From Haloferax volcanii DS2 (lineage in GTDB: Archaea; Halobacteriota; Halobacteria; Halobacteriales; Haloferacaceae), in contig NC_013967.1 of NCBI RefSeq assembly GCF_000025685.1, positions 330,001 through 362,000 on the forward strand: 32,000 nucleotides of DNA. The letters run 5' to 3'. Both the position numbers and the translations under genes were made by a program. Every line of letters begins with the position of its first letter. The first letter of the stretch is position 1. Below are positions 1 through 6,912 of this stretch, piece after piece. The notes beneath the pieces were generated by a model. That model saw only the letters and a list, made by a program, of their open reading frames with translations, had not been told where the DNA came from and did not search any database.

Positions 1-2
1 AC

Positions 3-458
3 GGCAAGGAGCGCGGTACTCGTGTCGGCGGGTGCGACTGCAAGGGCTTCGAGTTCCGCGACGACGAGGACTCGCCGTGCGCCCATCTGTGCGTCCTGCG
101 GAAAGCCGAGTGGTCACACAACCACTTCGGAGACGCCGCCGGGCGCGATGTCACCGACGACCCCATCACCGCCCACGACACCGCCGAGCACGTCGCACCG
201 AACGCAACCGAACCCGAGCCCGACCTCGTCGCCGACGGTGGTGAGGATTTCCCGCGCCAGAACTGCCGTCGCTGCGGTGCCGTCTCGCCCGACGGAGAGG
301 CCCCCCCGCCCGCCGAGTGCTCCGAGGGAACGACCGACGACCCTGAGCACGAGTGGACTGACGCGCCCGACCTCGTCGCCGACGGTGGCGACATCGTCGA
401 GGCACCGACCACCGGACACGACGGGCGCGTCTTCGGCCGCCCGGAGGACCAGCTATGA
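3..458 (+). CDS. SWIM zinc-finger domain protein, C-terminal part (5' end outside window)
   Basis: Frame 3 is open from the window edge to TGA 456-458. It is absent from the ORF track because it has no in-window start. The translation GKERGTRVGGCDCKGFEFRDDEDSPCAHLCVLRKAEW shows the CxC...CxH SWIM pattern. It is acidic with GC-rich third positions, unlike the P/T/S/R-rich listed ORFs 22..543 and 32..244 in the other frames. Confidence 0.7.
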   Translation, partial: GKERGTRVGGCDCKGFEFRDDEDSPCAHLCVLRKAEWSHNHFGDAAGRDVTDDPITAHDTAEHVAPNATEPEPDLVADGGEDFPRQNCRRCGAVSPDGEAPPPAECSEGTTDDPEHEWTDAPDLVADGGDIVEAPTTGHDGRVFGRPEDQL

Positions 459-642
459 CCTGCATCACCTACTCCCGAGCACCAGCACCACGAGCCGACC
501 AGCCCCGGCGCTCGCGCGGGCGCGCACACCCCCGCGCGAATAGGCCTCCTCGTACGACCACGGGGGGGCGTACTGCCATACTCCGTATCCCCGCCCCGTC
601 TGCGTATTACGAGTGTGACACGCTGCAGTACAGAGGTGCCCT

Positions 643-1095
643 ATGAGCCGAATGAAGACCGAGCGGACCGAGAGCACGACGGTGACCGTCCGCGTCGACG
701 AGGACCTGAAGGAAGACTACACCAGCGCTCTCGACGGGTCGATAAGCGACGACATCCGGTCCCACATGGAGGAGGTCGCGCGGACCGTTCGAGATGAGTC
801 CGACAACAACCTCCCTGACGATGAGATTCTGCGAGACGGCTACCTCGCGCTCCGACGGACTGCCGAGGCGTACGACCCGAACGGTCGTCGCATCGACGTG
901 ACGACTGCTATCTCGAAGGTCGCCGAGCGAGCAGGAATCCCGAAAGACGCCGTCCGCCGTCGCGTCCTGAAGCCCCTCATCCGAGACGACTACGTCGAGT
1001 TGGACTGGGGGGAAATCATCATCTACCAGCCGGAGGAGGTCAACGCGAGCGCGAATCGGGCCTCCCCGACGAAGGGAAAGAGTACGAGTAGCTAA
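643..1095 (+). CDS. Ribbon-helix-helix domain DNA-binding protein
   Basis: 150 aa acidic ORF. The N-terminus TVTVRVDEDLKEDYTSAL...IRSHMEEV fits an RHH (CopG/Arc-like) beta-strand plus helices. The C-terminal half is helical and may be wHTH-like. Confidence 0.65.
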   Translation: MSRMKTERTESTTVTVRVDEDLKEDYTSALDGSISDDIRSHMEEVARTVRDESDNNLPDDEILRDGYLALRRTAEAYDPNGRRIDVTTAISKVAERAGIPKDAVRRRVLKPLIRDDYVELDWGEIIIYQPEEVNASANRASPTKGKSTSS

Positions 1096-1232
1096 GAAGA
1101 GTCGTCGTCGGTCTTTTTTTGCTGTCCGAACCGCCGCTGTATCTGCGCCTTCAGCACTCCCGAAATCGCCGAGAGTGGGAGCGCCGCGACCGCGAGGAGT
1201 TCCAGCGGACTGAGTGTGACACTACCGTCCAT
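1092..1232 (-). CDS. Small membrane protein (46 aa), last gene of the minus-strand chain
   Basis: Not in the track (under 60 aa). ATG at 1232-1230 overlaps the upstream stop by 11 nt (ATGGACGGTAG). Translation: MDGSVTLSPLELLAVAALPLSAISGVLKAQIQRRFGQQKKTDDDSS, with one hydrophobic helix. Its stop overlaps the convergent stop of 643..1095 by 4 nt. Confidence 0.4.
   Translation of the reverse strand: MDGSVTLSPLELLAVAALPLSAISGVLKAQIQRRFGQQKKTDDDSS
1114..1120 (+). terminator. Oligo-T run (T7) downstream of the 643..1095 stop
   Basis: tcttttttt lies 19 nt after the TAA. Archaeal terminators are commonly oligo-T tracts. The run sits inside the putative opposite-strand ORF 1092..1232 (codons caa aaa aag). 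Confidence 0.35.
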
Positions 1233-1422
1233 CGTCGTCCTCCTCGACGCCGCCGTCGGTAGCTACCGCCCAGTCCTCGACCCGCCGCACGCGCCCACGA
1301 ATGATGCGCAAGTCCTCATGGAGGTCTTGCCGGACCCAGAGAACCAGCGCGGCGACGCCGAGGAGGAGCAGCGCCGTCACCGGGTCGGTCGTCTGCAAGA
1401 TGAGGTCGGTTAGCTCACTCAT
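1222..1422 (-). CDS. Small membrane protein (66 aa)
   Basis: Internal ATG of listed ORF 1222..1503, forming an ATGAGTGA overlap with the stop of the upstream gene. MSELTDLILQTTDPVTALLLLGVAALVLWV is an N-terminal TM helix, followed by an acidic tail. Confidence 0.55.
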   Translation of the reverse strand: MSELTDLILQTTDPVTALLLLGVAALVLWVRQDLHEDLRIIRGRVRRVEDWAVATDGGVEEDDDGR

Positions 1423-1810
1423 CGCCGACCACTCCCGCGATGATTTCGAGCAGCGGACGGAGCAGATACAGGAGCACAAGCCCGACGACGACCGCGACGA
1501 CAATCCACACCTTCGCGGCGAGTCCTGTCCCGCGCGTCGGGTTCGACGCCTGCCCGTCCTGCGGGTCCTCTATCCACGGCGTCCCGCCCGGACCAGCGGT
1601 GTTCCCGGCTTCGTCATCGAACAGCGAGACGAGCCCGCCGACGCCCTCATCGAAGTTGAGCGCGGCGGCGTCCGCTGCGCCCGCGACCGTATCGTACGGG
1701 TCGCGGACGGCCTGACCGGGGTCGCTGACGAAATCGTCGATGCCGCCGAGCCAGTTGTTGGAGCCGTCCCCGAAGGTACCGGTTCCGTTCGTGTCGGGCA
1801 CGTCAGCCAC
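1415..1810 (-). CDS. Acidic tail-anchored protein (131 aa)
   Basis: GTG at 1810 gives a GTGGCTGA start/stop overlap with the upstream gene. The part of listed ORF 1415..1975 upstream of it is R-rich and overlaps the neighbouring gene. The D/G-rich body ends in the TM helix VWIVVAVVVGLVLLYLL. Confidence 0.55.
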   Translation of the reverse strand: MADVPDTNGTGTFGDGSNNWLGGIDDFVSDPGQAVRDPYDTVAGAADAAALNFDEGVGGLVSLFDDEAGNTAGPGGTPWIEDPQDGQASNPTRGTGLAAKVWIVVAVVVGLVLLYLLRPLLEIIAGVVGDE

Positions 1811-2225
1811 CTCCGAAGACGACTGCGCCGATGGCGACCGCGGCGGCCACCCCGAGCGCGATGAAGTTGCGACGTGACCCATCGCCATCGAGGAGCCATC
1901 CGACGCCCGGCGCGTTCTCGGTCGAGTCGTCGGTGTCCGCCGACGGGCTCGACGAGCCGCCCGGCGACGACCCACCGCCGACCGAGGTCTCGCCGTCGTC
2001 GCTCTCGCTCGTCGAGGCGAGCGACGAGTCGATGTCGAAGTAGGTCGACGCGAACGGGTCGCCGTCCATCAGGACCTGCTGGCGGAGGCGACCATCACCG
2101 AGGAGGTGGATGCGGTCGGCGAAGGTGTCGCCGCCGTGCTCGCGGACGGTCGCAAGCACGGCCGGGTCGGACGGGTCCCACTCCTCGGAGTTATCGACCC
2201 AGTCGAGTCCGAGCGGACCGCTCAC
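1803..2225 (-). CDS. Acidic tail-anchored protein (140 aa)
   Basis: GTG start overlaps the upstream stop (GTGA). Acidic composition with an S/G/D low-complexity linker and a C-terminal TM helix NFIALGVAAAVAIGAVVF. Confidence 0.7.
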   Translation of the reverse strand: MSGPLGLDWVDNSEEWDPSDPAVLATVREHGGDTFADRIHLLGDGRLRQQVLMDGDPFASTYFDIDSSLASTSESDDGETSVGGGSSPGGSSSPSADTDDSTENAPGVGWLLDGDGSRRNFIALGVAAAVAIGAVVFGGG

Positions 2226-2788
2226 TTGTCGTCACCTCCCGCGAGGACCGCCGCGCCGATGGCGACGACAACCGCGACGCCAGCCGCGCCAGCCGCGAGA
2301 AGCCCGCCGCTCGACGAGTCGCCGGTCGACTCGCCCATCCCGGTGAGACTTTCGCGGAGGTTGCGAAGTTGCTCCTCCAGAGCGGTGATTTCACCGACTT
2401 GCGGCGTCTCGCTCGACCCGCCGCCGACGATGTTGCGGACCTCGTCGACGACATCCTCGACGCTCTCGTAGCCGCCGCTCAGTCGGTCCTCGTCGATGCT
2501 CACCGATCCGTCGGGGTTGACCGTGACCTCGTCGCCGTCGCTGTTTTCGTTCGGATCGGGGGAGACGGCGTCGTTCGCCGGGTCACCTCCGCCCGGCATC
2601 CCGCTCTCAGAGTTGCCGGGGTCGAGGCCGTCGTCATCGCCGATGGAGCCGTACCCGCCAGTCCCGCCGTCGTCGTCGAGGTAGTCGCCGGTGTCGATGG
2701 TGTTGTCGTCATCATCGTCGGAGTTGCCCGGGATGGACTCGCTGCCTCCGGGGACTCCACCACCGGACTCGTCTGGGTCGATTATCAT
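2222..2788 (-). CDS. Hyperacidic tail-anchored protein with short coiled-coil (188 aa)
   Basis: ATG at 2788 shares one base with the upstream TGA (TGATG). D/G-rich N-terminal half, heptad-like ITALEEQLRNLRESL, and a C-terminal TM helix LLAAGAAGVAVVVAIGAAVLA. Confidence 0.75.
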   Translation of the reverse strand: MIIDPDESGGGVPGGSESIPGNSDDDDDNTIDTGDYLDDDGGTGGYGSIGDDDGLDPGNSESGMPGGGDPANDAVSPDPNENSDGDEVTVNPDGSVSIDEDRLSGGYESVEDVVDEVRNIVGGGSSETPQVGEITALEEQLRNLRESLTGMGESTGDSSSGGLLAAGAAGVAVVVAIGAAVLAGGDDK

Positions 2789-2943
2789 CAATCATCGACC
2801 TCCGTGGTTGTGAGTGTCACGTCTCCATCATCTCCAACCGTCATCTCGATGACTGTCAGATGCTCCGATTCGTCTCCAAACTCGAAGCGGTAAGTCTCTC
2901 CTTCCTCGGCACTCCGTGGTCCGGGAAAATCGGGAATCTCCAT
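2788..2943 (-). CDS. Small acidic protein (51 aa)
   Basis: Not in the track. ATG at 2943 forms a TAATG overlap with the stop of 2943..3431. Translation: MEIPDFPGPRSAEEGETYRFEFGDESEHLTVIEMTVGDDGDVTLTTTEVDD. It fills the gap between neighbours exactly. Confidence 0.5.
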   Translation of the reverse strand: MEIPDFPGPRSAEEGETYRFEFGDESEHLTVIEMTVGDDGDVTLTTTEVDD

Positions 2944-3431
2944 TAGTAGCTGACCTCCTCGAAGACGAATTTGATTTCCCGGTGTCCTGTCTGGTCCGCA
3001 GTCAGATTGTTACCGTTGTAGGTGATGCGGATGCTTTTTGACTCCGTTGCTTTGAGGTTCGTGAGCGCATTCAGCGACGCCGCAGTATCTTGCGGAGCCG
3101 CCGAGTTGACACTCCACGTCGAGTTCCGCCAGTAGACGGCATCGTCGTCCGGGCCGCCTCCGTTCATCATCCGAACGTGGCCCGCGCTCCACACGTAGAA
3201 GAAATGGTCTCCAGAGCCGTCTCCTCCGGGGTTTGGAGCTTCGAGCTCCATCCCGATGACCTTCCAGACCTTGCCCTCTGGAGCGTAGATGTTGGTCGTC
3301 TGCTTCGAACCAGCCGCGACGGTCGCGGTCTGGCCGAACGACTTGGTGACGATGGTTGGTCGGTTGTTCACGGCGAGTGTCTCGCCGCTCCCTTTTGTTC
3401 CGGACTGTCCCCACGGTGCACGACCGGGCAT
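2943..3431 (-). CDS. Beta-rich protein, structural (capsid-like) candidate (162 aa)
   Basis: Clean acidic/polar ORF with alternating-pattern strands (KVWKVIGMELEA, HFFYVWSAGHVRMM, SIRITYNGNNL, EIKFVFEEVSY) and no TM helix. Its start shares one base with the upstream stop. Confidence 0.8.
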   Translation of the reverse strand: MPGRAPWGQSGTKGSGETLAVNNRPTIVTKSFGQTATVAAGSKQTTNIYAPEGKVWKVIGMELEAPNPGGDGSGDHFFYVWSAGHVRMMNGGGPDDDAVYWRNSTWSVNSAAPQDTAASLNALTNLKATESKSIRITYNGNNLTADQTGHREIKFVFEEVSY

Positions 3432-3871
3432 CAGAACACCCCCCCGATGACGCGCCGAATCCCACCGAGGTAATCGACGGTCGGGAGCGCGCGGAAGCGG
3501 TAGGCGTAGTCGGTGCTCTTGTTGTCGGTGATGATGACGATACGGTCACCCTTGCGCATCTCCGCGTTGACGTGGTAGCGGTCGCCGTCGGGCTCACCGG
3601 TCACGAACTGCTCGCCGCCGCCGTAGCTCGGAATGTCGGTATCCTCGGCAGACTCCGGGTTGTCCGGGTCACCCCGGATGCGCCGAATCACTGGTCGCAA
3701 CTGCAGGGCGTCCTCCGACCCGGGGACCGCCCACAGCGACAGCTGCTCGACGGTGCAGTCGGCGGGCGCGACCCACGCGACCTCGTGGCCGGTAGTGTCG
3801 GCCGGGACCTCGTCTTGGATGTGCGGCGTCTCGCGGCGCTCGTCGGTCGTGAGCTTCGATAAAATTCCCAT
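3431..3871 (-). CDS. Beta-rich protein, structural candidate (146 aa)
   Basis: ORF with GC-rich third positions and strand-like segments (HEVAWVAPADCTVEQLSLWAV, DRIVIITDN, YAYRFRALPTVDY). No TM helix and no recognised catalytic motif. Confidence 0.8.
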   Translation of the reverse strand: MGILSKLTTDERRETPHIQDEVPADTTGHEVAWVAPADCTVEQLSLWAVPGSEDALQLRPVIRRIRGDPDNPESAEDTDIPSYGGGEQFVTGEPDGDRYHVNAEMRKGDRIVIITDNKSTDYAYRFRALPTVDYLGGIRRVIGGVF

Positions 3872-3881
3872 GGTGGGACCT

Positions 3882-4388
3882 CTACAGCGAACTCCGGTAC
3901 AGCATCACGTCGCTGTTAGCCGGGTCGATTTCCTTTCCGTCGCTGTTCGAGTCGGCGTCGATGCGGAACTCGATGTGCCGACCCGCCGTCGCGTACGGAG
4001 CGAGCGAGTACATCAGCGGGCGCTCGGTGGGCGACTCGCTGGCATACTCTGCGAGCAGTTCGAGGTCACCGAGCTTGCGCGTGAACATCGCACGGCCGTC
4101 GGAGTCGGTGATGGCCGCGTAGAGCGTGCCGCTGATGGTGTCGCCCTCGGTGCCCGACCCGTTGCCCGTGGCGACGATGTCCGCGTGCATGGGCGAGGAG
4201 TCCGCGCTTTCGCGGTCCTTCCCGCCCGCTCCGAACCAGAGGTCCTTGTCCTGCGGGACCTTCTCGCGGTAGACCGTGACCTCCGCGCCGGCCTTGACCG
4301 TGTCCTGGTCGAGGTCGCTGCCGCGGATGGGTCGCACGTCGCCGTCGAGTTCGGCGAGGTCTTCGTTGTAGCTGAGTGTTCCCGGCAT
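3882..4388 (-). CDS. Beta-rich protein, structural candidate (168 aa)
   Basis: ORF with strand-like segments (AEVTVYREKV, TISGTLYAAITD, RHIEFRIDAD, DVMLYRSSL) and no TM helix. It starts 4 nt after the upstream stop. Confidence 0.8.
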   Translation of the reverse strand: MPGTLSYNEDLAELDGDVRPIRGSDLDQDTVKAGAEVTVYREKVPQDKDLWFGAGGKDRESADSSPMHADIVATGNGSGTEGDTISGTLYAAITDSDGRAMFTRKLGDLELLAEYASESPTERPLMYSLAPYATAGRHIEFRIDADSNSDGKEIDPANSDVMLYRSSL

Positions 4389-4391
4389 CGG

Positions 4392-4589
4392 TTAGACCCC
4401 CGGAATGTTCACGTCATCATCGGTGACGCCGGCCTTCTGCCGTGCGGTGTTGTACAGATACGCTCCTGCTCCGACGACGGCCATCGTGAGGGTGACGCCG
4501 ATAACCCCGAGACCGAGGTTCTGTGCGGATTCACCGGGGTCGTCAGTATCGACCTCGATGCCGAGTAGTTCAAGTGGTACTTTCGTCAT
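4392..4589 (-). CDS. Small membrane protein (65 aa), first gene of the minus-strand chain
   Basis: Single TM helix LGLGVIGVTLTMAVVGAGAYLY. A TATA-like CTTTTTCA (plus-strand 4614-4621) lies about 25-32 nt upstream of the ATG, as expected for a leaderless haloarchaeal mRNA. Confidence 0.7.
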   Translation of the reverse strand: MTKVPLELLGIEVDTDDPGESAQNLGLGVIGVTLTMAVVGAGAYLYNTARQKAGVTDDDVNIPGV

Positions 4590-4640
4590 TCCATTTCCGA
4601 CAACGAGCGATTGTGAAAAAGTTCGAAGTGTAGTGGAATA

Positions 4641-4665
4641 CGCTCAACAATTCAATTATTGAGCG
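4641..4665. promoter_or_regulatory. Palindromic operator candidate between divergent promoters
   Basis: cgctcaa-caattcaatta-ttgagcg has 7-bp perfect arms and contains the inner palindrome tcaat-t-attga (4652-4662). It sits between TATA-like elements at 4614-4621 (minus operon) and 4679-4687 (plus operon). The same 11-mer recurs at 9798-9808. Confidence 0.55.
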
Positions 4666-4718
4666 TCGTACAGCACTCGTTATTTTACATTCACGGTCGA
4701 CTGACTGTTCGACACAGT

Positions 4719-4901
4719 ATGATTGGCTACCCGACACTAGTTCTCGGCACGCTCGTGGCCTATCTCCGGGCTTCGGACGAGACGAGACCATTCGTGAAAG
4801 GAGCGTTCGGAATCGGCATCCTCGGCGAGTGTGGCGCACTCAGCGGTGCAGTACACTTCACTCAGTCGGGCGTCTCGATGCTCGGAGGGCTCATCGCATG
4901 A
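4719..4901 (+). CDS. Small membrane protein (60 aa)
   Basis: Internal ATG of listed ORF 4659..4901. Two hydrophobic segments (YPTLVLGTLVAYL, AFGIGILGECGALSGAV). Its stop overlaps the next start (ATGA). Confidence 0.5.
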   Translation: MIGYPTLVLGTLVAYLRASDETRPFVKGAFGIGILGECGALSGAVHFTQSGVSMLGGLIA

Positions 4902-5359
4902 ACGGCAGTAAAGAGCCTCAGAACCCCACGGACCAGCAATGCGAGCATTGCGGGCTGTTCTACGCGGCGCAGGGAATCCACAACCACCGGCCGGGGTGCC
5001 CGCTTCGAGACTGGGACACGATGATTCAGCCCCTCGACGGCGCTGGTGAGCCAGCCGGCGAGCGCGGTTCAGTCCCCGATAGTGACCCGGCGAACCCGCC
5101 CGAATCGGGGGACATCGAAGTGTCGGACACTCAGAAGGCGATGACCGACGGCGGAAACCCCATCCACGGCGCGCCTGAGCCCGTCACGGACGGCGGCAAG
5201 GACACTGAGGAGGTCGACGGGTGTCCCGACTGCGGGTCGGACGACTACGTCGACGCCGACGCTGTTCTGCGCGCTCGCAACCCGTCCGCGAAGAACACGG
5301 CGGTCCTGACCCAGTACGACCGCGTCTGCATCGAGTGCGGGGAGGCGTACGATGCCTGA
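4898..5359 (+). CDS. Zinc-ribbon protein (153 aa)
   Basis: Start MNGSKEPQ at ATG 4898. Has CEHCG...H...C near the N-terminus and CPDCG...CIECG at the C-terminus, with an acidic linker between them. Confidence 0.75.
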   Translation: MNGSKEPQNPTDQQCEHCGLFYAAQGIHNHRPGCPLRDWDTMIQPLDGAGEPAGERGSVPDSDPANPPESGDIEVSDTQKAMTDGGNPIHGAPEPVTDGGKDTEEVDGCPDCGSDDYVDADAVLRARNPSAKNTAVLTQYDRVCIECGEAYDA

Positions 5360-5792
5360 GGACGGCGAGACACCGTCCCCACCGTCGCCGGGCGACACGT
5401 TCGTCCGTGACGCCGGCGTCCCGAACATGGGCGCTACGGCGAACCACGCGGCTGCTGAGGGTGCGCCCGCGGAGGAGTCGGTGGGGTCGTCGTCGACGCT
5501 CCGCGACATGGTGCTCTCGACAGAACCGAAGCGGTCGCTCGACGAAATCGAATCGCCGTGGGCTCCGGAGCGCGGCGGCCCGAAGCGGGTCTTCCGCGGG
5601 TTCCAGAAGATGGGCGACATCGACGGGATGCCCGCCGGCTTCGACGTAGTCGTCGGGCTCGCCGAGACGGCCGTCCTGATTCTCGACCACGTCGAGGAGC
5701 AGAACGACGGCGACCAGAGCGACGACGCGGGTCAGAACGACGAGGACCTCGACGACGACCTCGCGCCGCTCGCGGGTGTCGGAGGTGCGTGA
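5352..5792 (+). CDS. Acidic hypothetical protein (146 aa)
   Basis: Its start overlaps the upstream stop (ATGCCTGA). One hydrophobic stretch (FDVVVGLAETAVLILD) and a D/E/Q-rich tail. Confidence 0.7.
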   Translation: MPEDGETPSPPSPGDTFVRDAGVPNMGATANHAAAEGAPAEESVGSSSTLRDMVLSTEPKRSLDEIESPWAPERGGPKRVFRGFQKMGDIDGMPAGFDVVVGLAETAVLILDHVEEQNDGDQSDDAGQNDEDLDDDLAPLAGVGGA

Positions 5793-5794
5793 CG

Positions 5795-6409
5795 ATGCAG
5801 GCGTACCACACGGTCGTCACCGGCGACTCCGGCGGCGGGAAGACGACCCTGCTGCGCGAGATGCAAGCCGAGTTCCCCGGTCTGAGTATCTGGGTCAACT
5901 TCACCAACACCGACGGCATCACCGGGCGCGACCTCGACGACGCCGCGACGGTCCGGTCGGTCGGCGAAGCTCGCGCGTCGGACGCGACGCGACTGAACTG
6001 GGTGACCGACTCCCCGCTCGAAACGGCGCGGCAGGCGCGGACGGTCGCCCACGAGTATCACGAGGCGACGGGCTTCCCGACGCAGGTCATCTTCGACGAG
6101 GCGCAGAACGTCCTTCCCGACGGCGAGGTCGAGTCGGACAACCCGGTGAAGCGGATGCTCCACGAGGACCGCGACAAGGGGCTGAAGGTCGTTATCGCCA
6201 CGCAGGACCCCTCGGACCTCGATTACACGCCCATCAAGCAATGCAAGTTCTGGGTGTGGGTCGGTGAGTGGGCCGTGTTCCACGACGGCTTTCTGCGGTA
6301 CTTCTCGATACCGCGCGACGACCTCCCGACCGAGCCGTACCAGTACGTCGTCTTCGACAAGCGGATGAACGTGCTGCACCGCGCGGAGACGCAGGAGGCG
6401 TACGCATGA
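5795..6409 (+). CDS. P-loop NTPase, FtsK/HerA- or A32-like packaging ATPase candidate (204 aa)
   Basis: Walker A is VVTGDSGGGKTT and Walker B is QVIFDEAQ. These are followed by KVVIATQDPSDLDYTPIKQCKFWVWV, which resembles the hhhh-S/T-Q...P..hR.N motif of small viral packaging ATPases. The start is ATG 5795, or GTG 5789 overlapping the upstream stop. Confidence 0.85.
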   Translation: MQAYHTVVTGDSGGGKTTLLREMQAEFPGLSIWVNFTNTDGITGRDLDDAATVRSVGEARASDATRLNWVTDSPLETARQARTVAHEYHEATGFPTQVIFDEAQNVLPDGEVESDNPVKRMLHEDRDKGLKVVIATQDPSDLDYTPIKQCKFWVWVGEWAVFHDGFLRYFSIPRDDLPTEPYQYVVFDKRMNVLHRAETQEAYA

Positions 6410-6630
6410 ACACGCACTTCCGATTCGGCGGGACGCGGGTGTATCTCCAGCCGGTCGAGGACGACGAGACCGATGTCGTTGACGCGCTTCGGACGCTCGC
6501 GGAGTGGCTATCGGAGGACGTCGTCTCGTGGTGGACCTACGACGTGCCGCCAGAGTCGCAGATACAGGACCCCCTGACGACCGACGCGAAGAAGGCACTC
6601 GTCATCTCGTGGGGTGAGTCGCGTGAGTGA
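6406..6630 (+). CDS. Hypothetical protein (74 aa)
   Basis: ATGA overlap with the ATPase stop. Acidic composition; translation begins MNTHFRFGGTRVYLQPVEDDETDVVDALRTLAEW. Confidence 0.65.
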   Translation: MNTHFRFGGTRVYLQPVEDDETDVVDALRTLAEWLSEDVVSWWTYDVPPESQIQDPLTTDAKKALVISWGESRE

Positions 6631-6769
6631 CGACCTCCTCCTTCCACCGCCTGAGCCACCCAGTCCGTCGAGTCGATTGTTCGGCGTCGTCGGAGAGTTG
6701 GTCGGCCTCGCGGCCGCGGTCTACGTCGCGGCGCGCGCGGCTCGTCGAGGATGGAGGGACGGCCGGTGA
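6623..6769 (+). CDS. Small membrane protein (48 aa)
   Basis: Not in the track. GTG 6623 overlaps the upstream stop by 8 nt. Translation: MSDDLLLPPPEPPSPSSRLFGVVGELVGLAAAVYVAARAARRGWRDGR, with one TM helix. Confidence 0.45.
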   Translation: MSDDLLLPPPEPPSPSSRLFGVVGELVGLAAAVYVAARAARRGWRDGR

Positions 6770-6912
6770 CTGCCCCCGTCGTTCCGGCTGACATCGCGTT
6801 TCTCGCGGTCTCAGTCGCGACGACCTTCTCGTTCGTGGCCGGGTTCCTCGGTGGACTGAACGCAGGGATGTCGCTCTACCGACCGATGGTCGACACAGTT
6901 CTCGACCTATGA
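6766..6912 (+). CDS. Small membrane protein (48 aa)
   Basis: Not in the track. GTGA start/stop overlap. Translation: VTAPVVPADIAFLAVSVATTFSFVAGFLGGLNAGMSLYRPMVDTVLDL, which is hydrophobic. Confidence 0.45.
   Translation: MTAPVVPADIAFLAVSVATTFSFVAGFLGGLNAGMSLYRPMVDTVLDL

Noticed and set aside
22-543. Listed 173-aa P/T/S-rich ORF, plus overlapping ORFs 32..244, 114..419 and 166..468
   Set aside because: Their composition (Pro/Thr/Ser/Arg runs) is typical of off-frame translation of GC-rich coding DNA. Frame 3 gives an acidic protein with a SWIM motif and GC-rich third positions.
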